A stretch of DNA of 64,000 nt from the NCBI RefSeq assembly GCF_006345805.1, contig NC_042997.1, forward strand, positions 190,836,001 through 190,900,000, given 5' to 3'. This DNA comes from Octopus sinensis (lineage: Eukaryota). Below the pieces are notes generated by a model. The model did not search any database, was not told the DNA's origin, and saw nothing but the letters and a program-made list of their open reading frames with translations. The stretch's first letter is position 1; the number at the start of each line of letters is the position of its first letter. Below, in pieces: positions 14,240 to 25,746 of the stretch. A program made the translations under genes and the position numbers.

Positions 14240-14530
14240 TTTGTATGTATGTATGTATGTATGTATGTATGTATGTATGTATGTATGAATGCATGTATGT
14301 ATGTATGTATGTATGTATGTATGTATGAATGTATGTATGTATGAATGCATTCATGTTCGTATGTATGTATGTAGTATGTATGTATTATGTAAGTATGTAT
14401 GAATGTATGCATGCATGCATGTATGCATGCATGTATGCATGCATGCATGTATGTATGAATGTATGCATGCATGTGTGTATGTTTGCATGTGTACTTCTAT
14501 ATATGTATGTGTGTGTATGCATGCATGAGT
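14240..14530. repeat. (TATG)n/(ATGC)n microsatellite
   Basis: Seen directly. Confidence 0.95.
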
Positions 14531-15103
14531 ATATGGATGTATGTGTGAATATATACACATATAGAGAGAGAAACACGCATACATATATACGTAAATAAAC
14601 AAGTACACGTGCTTTTGCTTCTGTCTACGCATCTGTATATGTCAACAAACTCTAATATTGTTATGCATGCATGACTAACTTGTTAAGTAAATATATATAT
14701 ATACATATACATATATCTATATATATATGTATATATAACATATATCTATATATATATATATATATACATATATCTATATATATATATATATTACATATAT
14801 CTATATATATATATATATATATATATGTATTATACATATATATATATACATATACATAATATATTGTATGTATGTATGTATGTATGTATGTATATATATA
14901 TTATATAGAAATAGATATAGATAGAGATATATAAATATATATATACATAATTAGAAAAATAAATATTCAAATGTAAGTAAATGTGATTTAAAATATGCAT
15001 GTAAGATACATTTGTTTATGTTTATAGTTTATGTGAGTGTTTCTCTGCACACATATAGACAAACACAGAAACACATACATAAATACATACATAAACACAC
15101 ACA

Positions 15104-15150
<47 letters not shown>

Positions 15151-15534
15151 CATATGTATATGGAGGTATGTATTTACAGACATGTTTACCAACAGGTAAG
15201 TGGGTTAACAAAACTGTGCTAACGTTTTTAAAAAGCTTCCAATGTTAAGTAAATTGAACTTCAAAGCAAACCAGGAGTGGGTTTTACATAACTGAAGCAA
15301 CATCCCTGTCTATTTTGGATTGCGAGTTCGCAACCGAGTCTGTTCACTCATTAAGTAGGAAGTAATTTAGTTCGAAAATTTTTCTTACATCATGAAATTC
15401 ATTAAAATACGTTATGACCGGCTGTGCCTGCCGACGATGAAATAAGTTATTTCAAAAACACCAATTATAACTACAACTGAATGTGTGTGTGTGTTTATAT
15501 GTTTGTTTACGTATATATATATATATATATATAT

Positions 15535-15568
<34 letters not shown>

Positions 15569-15684
15569 TTCTTATTGAGCATTTTCAGTGAAAAATACCT
15601 CATTTTTAAGAGTTAATATATGTATTGTGAAGCACATGTGTATCTATTATCCAGTCACACACGCTTACAAACGTGTTATATAAG

Positions 15685-15717
<33 letters not shown>

Positions 15718-16068
15718 ATGTATGTAAGTATATATACATATAGGTATGTATGTATACATATATGTATTTACATATATGTATTTACATATATATAGGTCCA
15801 TTTATTTTTGAGTGAGAATGTATATGTAATTTTAATTGAGGGAACCATACAAATGTATGTTTGTGTATGTGTCTGTGTTTGTGTGTATTTGTGTGTGTGT
15901 GTGTGTGTGTATGTCTGTGTGTGTATACACATACATATATGCGTAAGTAGACATGTACACACATACTTACACATATAAGATGCGAATGTTTTTATAATTT
16001 ATATTCAAAGTTATATCTAAATAATGGTATTTTACAATTATTTTTACCGGGTATGATATTTTATCTTC

Positions 16069-16127
<59 letters not shown>

Positions 16128-16479
16128 GCGTTGGAATATGAGAGCCATTTTTTTTTGTTCATGTGTGTGTGAATGCATGTGGGAATATGTGTGTGTGCGC
16201 CCCTCTGTGTGTGCCTCTGTGTTTTTGGCTCTATGTGTGTGTGTGTGTATCTTTTTGAGTGACTGTCTGAATTCCAGCGTGTGCTCCTGTAAAATGATTT
16301 ATCAATAGGCAAGTTTGATGAGATATATAACTAATTATATGTTCAGATTTACTTTACTTATATCTTTAAATGATCGTCAACCCATCGACATACGAGAATA
16401 CCAGCATGTGTGCATGTATGTATACATAAAAACAAAAGCACACATATACCTGTATACATATATATATGTACGTATATGC

Positions 16480-16484
16480 ATGCT

Positions 16485-16528
<44 letters not shown>

Positions 16529-16699
16529 ATATATTATATATATATATATATTTACACACACACACACATATATATATACACACACACACACACATATATA
16601 TATAACACACACACACACATATATATATATATACACACACACACACATATATATATATACACACACACACACACATATATATATACACACACACACACA

Positions 16700-16742
<43 letters not shown>

Positions 16743-16758
16743 CACACACACACACACA

Positions 16759-16801
<43 letters not shown>

Positions 16802-16829
16802 CACACACACACACACACATTATATATAT

Positions 16830-16860
<31 letters not shown>

Positions 16861-16975
16861 CACACACACACACACATATATATATACACACACACACACA
16901 CATATATATATATACACACACACACACACATATATATATATACACACACACACACACATATATATATACACACAC

Positions 16976-17039
<64 letters not shown>

Positions 17040-17055
17040 TGTATATATATATATA
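16480..17055. repeat. Higher-order array of alternating (TA)n-(CA)n blocks
   Basis: Units of about 20-30 bp, (TA)4-7 followed by (CA)5-9, repeated many times. Confidence 0.95.
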
Positions 17056-17411
17056 ATTTTTTATGCAATTCCATGCATGCTCGTGTGAGTGTAAGGTTAT
17101 TTCGAAACATACCGTCATGACTATATAGAAATGAATGAATTATTATATGTATATGCATATTTATGTATGTACATAAGACTAATTATTTATACGAGAAAAA
17201 AAGTAGTTACCATAACTAATTTATTCCTCTATTAAATATTTACCTTTCAGAAGACGTATTTTTAAACTTTGCTGTTATATCATTACAAACACACACGCAC
17301 ACACACAGACACAAAAACACACACACACACATACACACACACACATATATATGTATATATATGTATAAAAACTTACATAGATATGCATATAAGCATATTC
17401 ATATTCATACA

Positions 17412-17450
<39 letters not shown>

Positions 17451-17460
17451 GTATGTATGT

Positions 17461-17559
<99 letters not shown>

Positions 17560-18080
17560 TAGGTATATAGATATATAGACTTACACATTTATATATGAAA
17601 TGTTGATTATTATTATTATTATTATTATTATTGTTGGTGTTGTATATTTATTGTATTTTTATTTCGGTTGTTTCTGGAGAATTTTCTTTAGTTTTGCATG
17701 TCTATTCTCACATTTGAACAGGCTTCAATTATTTTTGCTGATAATGGAAAAATAAAATGAGTCAGCTACAAAAATGAGTATTCTTTTCTATTCTATCTGT
17801 AATTTCTTATGTCGACATAGGTCTCAGTAATATAGCCTTCGTATTAGTTATTCATATAAACGTATAAACACATAAATATTGAACTAAGTGCATATACATA
17901 TATATGAAAAATCTACAGTAGCGTGTGTTTGAATTCATTTTAGTTGTATGCGAAAATACATATATGATTATATTATATTGTCCTTCTCATTGTTGTTTCT
18001 CTTGTCCGCCTTTGTCTAGTCTAACTGTCCGAATGTTTTATTGTCCTCTATTGCGTTATTGTTCCACTTTTATATTTATA

Positions 18081-18471
18081 CTAGCAGTATCGCCCGGCGT
18101 TGCTCGGGTTTGTTTCGACCCTTTAGAATTGGAATTTTTGAAAAGTAAAACGTTTTGCATTGTGTAGCTTGTTATTCTCTTTAAGTGAACATTTTTCTGG
18201 TTGAAATACACCGAAAAATGGCGACACAACAGTCAAAAATTCGTAAAAAATGGGGATTTTCATAGATTAAAAACCACCTTTTTGATGTAAATAATTTTTA
18301 GTGTTAACGTGGTCCGATTTTAATTTTTTTTTCTATGAAGTAAGAGCAAGCCTGCTTCTATCATACTCTCAATTTTGGTCAACTTGCGCCGCAGTGTCTC
18401 GGAGGAGATAGTGTTAGTTGAAGGCTACCAAACCTGCCATACACAGACAACTTCAGTTTTATAGAGAGAGA
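18081..18471 (-). mobile_element. Non-autonomous Helitron-like element, family H1
   Basis: Minus strand: A^TC start, 3' cccgagcaacgccggg hairpin followed by cgatactgCTAG^T; close copy at 20666-21047. Confidence 0.85.
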
Positions 18472-19140
18472 TATATACATATAGCGGCGCACGTACACAC
18501 TTGTGCTCACCTTATATTAGGTATCTATCTAAATTTTGTACAACTCTTACTCTATCTTTTAGTCTCCCTCTTACTTTCTTACTTTTTTCTTTTTCTCGCT
18601 CCTCCTCTCTCTCACATTTCTTGGCCCTCTCTTTCGTTAATTCCCACTATTTCCCACTCGTTTATCTCCCCTGTACCTTTCTCTTTGTGTCTGATTTTTT
18701 ATAATCCTTTCGCTGCCCCGTACCCATCTCTCCTCCTTCCACGTGACCGGTGTCCGGCCAGCCATGATCTTTCTTTCTTGGCCTGACTGTCGACCGCCAA
18801 TACCTCTTATGTCCATCTCCTATGTTCCTGCCTTTAGGCTTTCACTTCATACACGCCAGCTCAATTTGATTCGTTCTCAGTCGAAAGACACCTGTTGTTA
18901 TTTTCTTGTTGTTTGTATTCGTAATTGGAGATAACATACACGTATGTATGTGTATATATATTCGGCAAACACGCACACACATATACACGCATACGCACAC
19001 ATGCACACACATACACGCATACACACACATGCGTATTCGTTGATATGTACATATGTATATTCACGTGCATGTAGGTATGCATACTAGTGTGAGGGCACAC
19101 ACGCATGCGCGTTCACATGACCATACACGCACAAAACAAG

Positions 19141-19590
19141 CATTGAGGATTGGTAAACTTTGGGAATTGGTAAAGGTTAGGGTTGGTATGGGTTGGGAGT
19201 TGGTAAACGTTGGGGATTGGTAAATGGCGGTCCTGCTCTTGGTGTTGGTTGGTAGCGGTGACCTTGGTGCAGGCGGTGCTAAGTAGAAGCTGGTGCTAAG
19301 GTGATAAATCCGGGTTCTCGGCAGTCAGAAGCCTGAAATTTGCCGGAAGGGCATATCTCTGGTAACAGCAATACGATAAATCGTCTTTCTTGTTGATGGA
19401 TACTGCAAGTTGTTGGAGGATGGGCAGTCTTTCACGAAGACAGATCTGGCATTTGGGGACACCGGTTGAATATGGTGGCGCTCTGTCGACAATAGTCCAC
19501 TTTGTGCTGGGTATTTTATCTCGGAGATCAGGGAGTCTCCAGAGAAAACGAGACAGAGAAGTAGTTCTCTCTACTGTCATTATATACCTT
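19141..19590 (-). mobile_element. Penelope-like element remnant: GIY-YIG C-terminus plus short tandem 3' repeats
   Basis: TSLSRFLW...KWTIVDRAPPYSTGVPKCQICLRERLPIL...INKKDDL..C resembles the PLE motif LS..IW..W.I...A.PY....C.LCL.EK..I...LNK..E. Confidence 0.75.
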
Positions 19591-19751
19591 AAAAAGTATA
19601 GGACTAGCATTGTTGCTTAAAAATATTGGAATCGCTCTATGTTGTACATTCGGTGGCATCTTAAAACGAAAAGAGACCCATGTGTGAATTAATATGTCAC
19701 AATAATTATTAAAACGAGTTCTTAATAAAAAAAAATGAAAATGTACAAAAT

Positions 19752-20141
19752 ATAGGCGCAGGAGTGGCTGTGTGGTAAGTAGCTTGCTTACCAACCACAT
19801 GGTTCTGGATTCAGTCCCACTGCGTGGGACTTTGGGTAAGTATCTTCTACTATACCTTCGGGCCAACCAAAGCCTTGTGGGTGGATTTGGTAGACGGAAA
19901 CCGAAAGAAGCCCGTCGTATATATATATGTGTGTGTATGTTTGTGTGTCTGCGTTTGTCCTCCCACATAAACATCGCTTGACAACTGATGCTGGTGTGTT
20001 TATGTCCCCGTAACGTAGCGGTTCGGCAAAAGAGACCGATAGAATAAGTACTAGGCTTCCAAAGAATAAGTCCTGGGGTCAATTTGCTCGACTAAAGGCG
20101 GTGCTCCAGCATGGCCGCAGTCAAATGACTGAAACAAGTAT
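19752..20141 (+). mobile_element. SINE family A, near full length
   Basis: ataggcgcaggagtggctgtgtggtaag...ggcggtgctccagcatggccgcagtcaaatgactgaaacaag. Confidence 0.92.
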
Positions 20142-20665
20142 AAGATTAAAATATGATCTTTAACTTCGTATAAGTAAATTCATTATAATACTCTTCGTAC
20201 CAAAGTATATAAAAAAAAACATATTTCACACTGCATGTAAATCACCATGATAATAAAAAATAAAACTGGATTTATGATGAAGTCGAATCTATTTAACAGC
20301 GAAAGTACGAAACCGGAATAATTATAAGCAAAGATAAGTCGCATTATGATACACATATTAATGGAATAGTAATGCGAATTAAACAAATTATTACTAAATT
20401 ATTTCTTATCGATTACTTGTAAATTTATTAAAAATTATCATTCATAGATAGAATTATTGCGTAAAGATGACATTAGTATTTGTACACAATTGTTTTGTTA
20501 AAATTAAGTATACGATAATTTAACTTAATAGATTTTCAATATAACTTAATTTCGATGAACAAAACACATTTCTTGTGATAAAAGGATGCCACAGAATGTA
20601 CAACATATAGTGATTCCAGTATTTTTTTGAGCGACAACATTAGTCCCATGCTTTTTAAAGATTTA

Positions 20666-21047
20666 CTAGCAGTATCGCGCGGCGTTGCTCGGGTTTGTTT
20701 CGACCCTTTAGAATTGAAATTTTTTGAAAAGAAAAATTTTGCATTATATAGCTTGTTATTTTCTTTGAGTGAACATTTTTCTGGTTGAAATACACCGAAA
20801 AATGGCGACACAGTGGTCAAAAATCGTAAAATATAGGGATTTTCATAGAAAAAAAGTAACTTTTTGATGTAAATAATTTTTGGTGTTAACATGGTCCGAT
20901 TTGAATTTTTTCTTCTACGGAATGAAGAGCAAGCCTTCTTCTATCATACTCTCAATTTTGGTCACTTTGCGCCGCAGGGTCTCGGAGGAGATAGTGTTAG
21001 TTGAAGGCTACCAAACCTGCCATACACAGACTGTATATATAGAGAGA
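20666..21047 (-). mobile_element. Non-autonomous Helitron-like element, family H1
   Basis: Closely similar to 18081-18471, with the same termini. Confidence 0.85.
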
Positions 21048-21643
21048 TTATGACAGTCTATAACCCTTTTGAGCGTGCGCATTTTTCATTTTTATTTTCG
21101 TACTTTTTAAGGCAACGTTTGTAATATTTATATATGTACCGTATTTCTCCCAATGGTGTGGCAGCCTCTAATAACACCCGAGTGCCGACCAATTAAAATA
21201 GTGTGACAGTCACAATATTTGAAAATATACGATAAAATCGATAATAATTGTATTTGTTTATTATCATACGGAGAAATAAAATGGTTACAACAATCTGGTC
21301 GAGTGAAATGACTTTGCAATATTATGTTGAAAATCTCCATAAAAGCTGCAAACCCGACCCGCAACCTCCCAAAAGTCAAAATACAGCAGTCATTCACAAC
21401 TGAGATGATATACCTCAATGGCGAGACCAGATTCATATTATCCTAATAAATTCAGAAATGCGCTTAAGCGCTATATAGAGATAAAGAGTTATATCTCACC
21501 ACATCTGTCACATTTCTCGTCTGACCGTCAAGGAAGTCATTCATCAAATAATGATAGTTGCTTAATATCGGCCATAAAAATTGATTTCGTTTCAATTCAA
21601 TTTAATTCAGTTTTACCAAGAACAGTTTAGACAAGTTATATAC

Positions 21644-22159
21644 CAAAAAAAAAAATGTTCCTTCTCGAGCCATGACAGACTCATAAGGGCCGGTTTCCCG
21701 GTTTCAGTGGCGTAGAAATTCCCCACCTGGAGAGGATGCCGGATTACTCATTATTGCCAGCTGAGTGAACTGGAGCAACGTGAAATGAAGTGTTTTGCTC
21801 AAGAACACAACGCGTTGCCCGGTCCAGGAATCGAAACCACAACCTAACGATCATGATTTCAACACCCTAACCTATTTCTTTATTACCCACAAGGAGCTAA
21901 ACACAGAGGGGACAAACAAGGACAGACAAACAGATTAAGTCGATTATGTCGACCCCAGTGCGTAACTGGTACTTAATTTATCGACCCCGAAAGGATGAAA
22001 GGCAAAGTCGACCTCGGCGGAATTTGAACTCACAACGTAACGCAGACGAACTACCGCTAAGCATTTCGCCCGGCGCGCTAACGTTTCTGCCAGCTCGCCG
22101 CCTTTCAACACCCTAACCACTGATTTCAACACCCTAACCACTAAGCCACGCGCCTCCAC
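21644..22159 (-). mobile_element. CORE-type SINE (family B) with 12-bp TSD, carrying a nested family C SINE
   Basis: TSD CAAGTTATATAC at 21632-21643 and 22160-22171; tRNA head, CORE block and gaaaccggcccttatgag tail. Confidence 0.9.
21873..22102 (-). mobile_element. Meta-domain-like SINE (family C), full length, with 16-bp TSD
   Basis: TSD TTTCAACACCCTAACC at 21857-21872 and 22103-22118. Confidence 0.92.
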
Positions 22160-22171
22160 CAAGTTATATAC

Positions 22172-22505
22172 TGCTTGAAAGAGACGGCATCGTCAATGAT
22201 GTCCCATTTGTCCTGGATGCGAACGATGCTGGTGTAGTAGCCGGAGTCCACGCTAGCCAGTGTGTGCAACAATGAGCTGATCAATCGGAATCTCTGGCCG
22301 TAAATGTTCTGCTTTTTAGGAGAATAAGTCATCAACTCCGAATTAATCTGACCATCTGTCATAGTCTTTCTATGAGGAAGTATCGAAAGACAATCTAAAA
22401 CTGTTGCGGGCGATGCTTTAGTATATGGAGACTGATTATAATCGACGAGGTTAGCATAGTCAGTCACTTGCAGCTGGTTCTTATTCACGGCATCTCTGTA
22501 GTATA
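22172..22505 (-). pseudogene. Decayed ubiquitin-specific protease (peptidase C19) His-box-like fragment
   Basis: QRFRLISSLLHTLASVDSGYYTSIVRIQDKWDIIDD fits Y.L....H.G.....GHY...V.....W..DD, with Tyr (tac) at the expected catalytic His position. Confidence 0.55.
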
Positions 22506-22982
22506 TATATAGTGTAATAAATAAAATATATGCATACATACAAACATATATGTACGTACCGACATCTACATGTATATATACATGCATATATAAATATATA
22601 TACGTACAGGACACCACAAGAAGACGTAAAAATCAACAGAAACGAAAACGGAAAAGTCATTTTGTTACAACAGAAGGACAGAGACGTGGAACAAGACGAA
22701 ACGAAAACGGGAAAAACAATTATATACAGCAGAAAAACGAAGTACAGGACATGCTGCAGAAGGAAAGATCCCCTTCATCAGCTGTCGCTAGCAGACATAG
22801 CGTGTTTCGAAGGCAAGACAGGACACGTCTGGTCATGCTAGGCCTTCCTACGAGAGAATTAAAATAAAATAACCTCGTAGAGGGGTAAAACGAGCAAGAA
22901 AAAATGTAACACAAAAAGGGACGTAACAAAGAACTGCACAAAAAAATACAAGAAAAAAATAATACAAAATTAAAGATACATA

Positions 22983-23190
22983 GAGGCGCAATGGCCTAGT
23001 GGTTAGGGCAGCGGACTCGCGGTCGCAGGATCGCGGTTTCGATTCTCAGACCGGGCGTTGTGTGTGTTTATTGAGCGAAAACACCTAAAAGCTCTACGAG
23101 GCTCCGGCAGGGGGTGGTGATCCCTGCTGTACTCTTTCACCACAATGGCGGTGCCCCAGCATGGCCACAGCTCAAGAGCTGAAACTGGAA
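22983..23190 (+). mobile_element. Chimeric SINE: family B head with a CR1-type tail
   Basis: gaggcgcaatggcctagtggttaggg head; after tactctttcaccaca it switches to atggcggtgccccagcatggccacagctcaagagctgaaac. Confidence 0.8.
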
Positions 23191-23408
23191 AAACAAAAAC
23201 AAAAACAAAACATGTACAAGAAAATACAAAACGAGAATTAAAGTACAATACGAGAAATCAAAATAAACAAGAGAACAAACGAAAAAGACGAACGAAGGCC
23301 TTTGTTCTGGCGGGGACGAGAAGATAACTGGCGAGCGCTGGGAAACATGACCTTAGGACCTGAATGCAACAGGCGAAATGATTAGCAGTGACGAAAGTGA
23401 GGAGGAGT

Positions 23409-23464
<56 letters not shown>

Positions 23465-23993
23465 TAGAGGAATACACGCAGCTAGAGAGAAGGGTGAGGC
23501 AGAGAGAGCAAGAGAGAGAGAGGGGGGAAGGCAAAGCAAAGAGAGAGAATTTCGCATCATTGTAGTAAACTGTAAAACAAACTGGGAGGAAAGAGACGGA
23601 AGGAAGTGAGAATTCGAAAAATCGAAAATTCAAACGAACCCGACGCGAAGCGCTGTCAGACAATAGTGTAATAAATAAAATATATGCATACATACAAACA
23701 TATATGTACGTACCGACATCTACATGTATATATACATGCATATATAAATATATATATACGTACAGGACACCACAAGAAGACGTAAAAATCAACAGAAACG
23801 AAAACGGAAAAGCCATTTTGTTACAACAGAAGGACAGAGACGTGGAACAAGACGAAACGAAAACGGGAAAAACAATTATGTACAGCAGAAAAACGAAGTA
23901 CAGGACATACACATGAAAACACAAGGAGAAAACACAACAACGCGAGGACGTGGAAGAAGTATAGTGTTATTAAACGCTCAGGAAAGAAAGAGG

Positions 23994-24028
23994 GTTTAAC
24001 GTTTCGAGCGGAGCTCTTCGTCAGAAAC
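23994..24028 (-). ncRNA. Minimal type I hammerhead ribozyme, core intact
   Basis: GTTT-CTGACGA-a-GAGC-tcc-GCTC-GAAA-CGTT-AAAC: stem I GTTT/AAAC, stem II GAGC/GCTC, palindromic ACGT stem III. Confidence 0.8.
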
Positions 24029-24057
24029 ATAGGAAAAGGAAAGATATATATATATAT

Positions 24058-24180
24058 ACTACAGAGATGCCGTGAATAAGAACCAGCTGCAAGTGACTGA
24101 CTATGCTAACCTCGTCGATTATAATCAGTCTCCATATACTAAAGCATCGCCCGCAACAGTTTTAGATTGTCTTTCGATAC
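24058..24180 (+). repeat. Inverted duplication of about 22378-22500
   Basis: actacagagatgccgtgaataag...gtctttcgatac is the reverse complement of the left flank. Confidence 0.92.
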
Positions 24181-24272
24181 AGTTATATATATATATATAT
24201 ATATGATCATGAGCCGAATATTTTAACCAAGCTACGCGTCATCTCAGGTATATATACGTGTGTGTGTGTGTG

Positions 24273-24307
<35 letters not shown>

Positions 24308-24929
24308 TGTGTTCATTGTATACTATTCATAAAGCTACCTATTTATTGATCTATCTAATCAACGGAACAGCCTTCTCATGAAATTAAGCTACGCCCCTCA
24401 CAGGTACATACATACATATATACATACATGCATACATACATACATACATACACACATACATACATTCATACATGCATACATTCCCACGTTGTAATTATTA
24501 ACGTATAGTTATGCGTATATATATTTGCATATGTATGTATATGTGTGTTTTCGTATGCTGGGTTTTTTTTAGGTAACGGCGTGTCTATGTTAGTGTGTTT
24601 AGAGTAGATGGGTGTATGAGTGTACAAAATATGTAGACACAAATGTAGAAGAAAGCGTATCAGTATGCAGACTGTTGACGTAGGCAAAAAAAAAATTATC
24701 GTATCACGTTTTCATTTATTATTTCGTTATTTTCCATAATAGAAGAGAAAAAAAAACAATAAATACCTTTGCATTCATTTGTGCATATATGCTTCAGAGA
24801 TAATCACTGCAAAGATACGAAGGTGTGTGACTTACATATAATTTGAAGTGATACTGTTTCCGTCTATCCTTAGAACAAACTCACATTCATAATTTTAAAT
24901 AGTCTCCATGTATCATTGCTGCTATCATG

Positions 24930-25200
24930 ATCATCATCGTCATCATTATTGTCGTCGTCATCGTCGTCGAGATCGTCATTTAGAATGTCTTTTTCCATTC
25001 TGGTATAGGATAGACGTTTGGACATGAACTGACCAAAGAGCTGCGCTGAGCTCCAGTGTCTGCTCTCTTATGGCTTCTACAACTAGATGCCCTTCCTAAC
25101 AACGAACACTTTACAGAGTGTACTGGGCGGCGGCGGGGGAGGGGTTATTTTGTTAGCATTTTTTTCATTCGTGGCACCAGTACAAGTGAGGGCAACAGGT
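24930..25200 (-). mobile_element. Degenerate SINE-like remnant with an RTE-type tail
   Basis: (atc/gtc)n tail, tttccattctggtataggatagacg and gatgcccttcctaac motifs. Confidence 0.45.
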
Positions 25201-25392
25201 ACCCAAAAGAAAGATTTCCCAACTGAAATTCAGGGACATGAAAGTATAATAGAAAGACAGAAGCAAGTGACTTGTTAAAGATGTGAATACATGGCTGTCT
25301 CATCTGGAAAGAGAGATGTCAAGCTAAAGTAAAAGGTGTATATGAATATATATATATATATTATTATATATATAAATATATATATATATATA

Positions 25393-25746
25393 TCTTATAT
25401 AATATCCGTTCTGTCTGTCTCTGTGTGTGGCTTCTAGGATCTCGGGCATCCTCCATCCGAATGCGCTCAAATTTGATATGTAGATACCGACGGTATCAGG
25501 GTGTGTATAAGACTTGAAAAAATCCAGGTGAGAATGCGATCGATAAAGCCGTCGAAAATCGTTTTTCTTTGGAATAGAAATAATGTCTATTGTTATTTCT
25601 TCTTTTGCTGGTGTCTCAAATTTAGGTTAAATCAGTGTTTCTCAAAGGGGAGGCCTATGGGACGGTCGGACAAGTTGTTTTGAGAAAACTTGGTTTAAAT
25701 GTTTGACAACTCAGCACCGTCCATTGGACGGGGGGCGTTTTGCTCG
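25393..25746 (+). mobile_element. Non-autonomous Helitron-like element, family H2
   Basis: A^TC start, ccgtcc-att-ggacgg hairpin, ends CTCG^T; second copy at 35662-36215. Confidence 0.75.

Larger units (their letters stand above)
22510..24045 (-). mobile_element. Non-autonomous Penelope-like element: two direct terminal repeats, noncoding interior, hammerhead motif
   Basis: About 245-bp near-identical direct repeats at 22510-22750 and 23663-23908; hammerhead at 23994-24028; interrupted by a SINE at 22983. Confidence 0.7.

Noticed and set aside
21137-21180. taccgtatttctccc resembling a pogo-type TIR start
   Set aside because: No partner TIR or transposase found.
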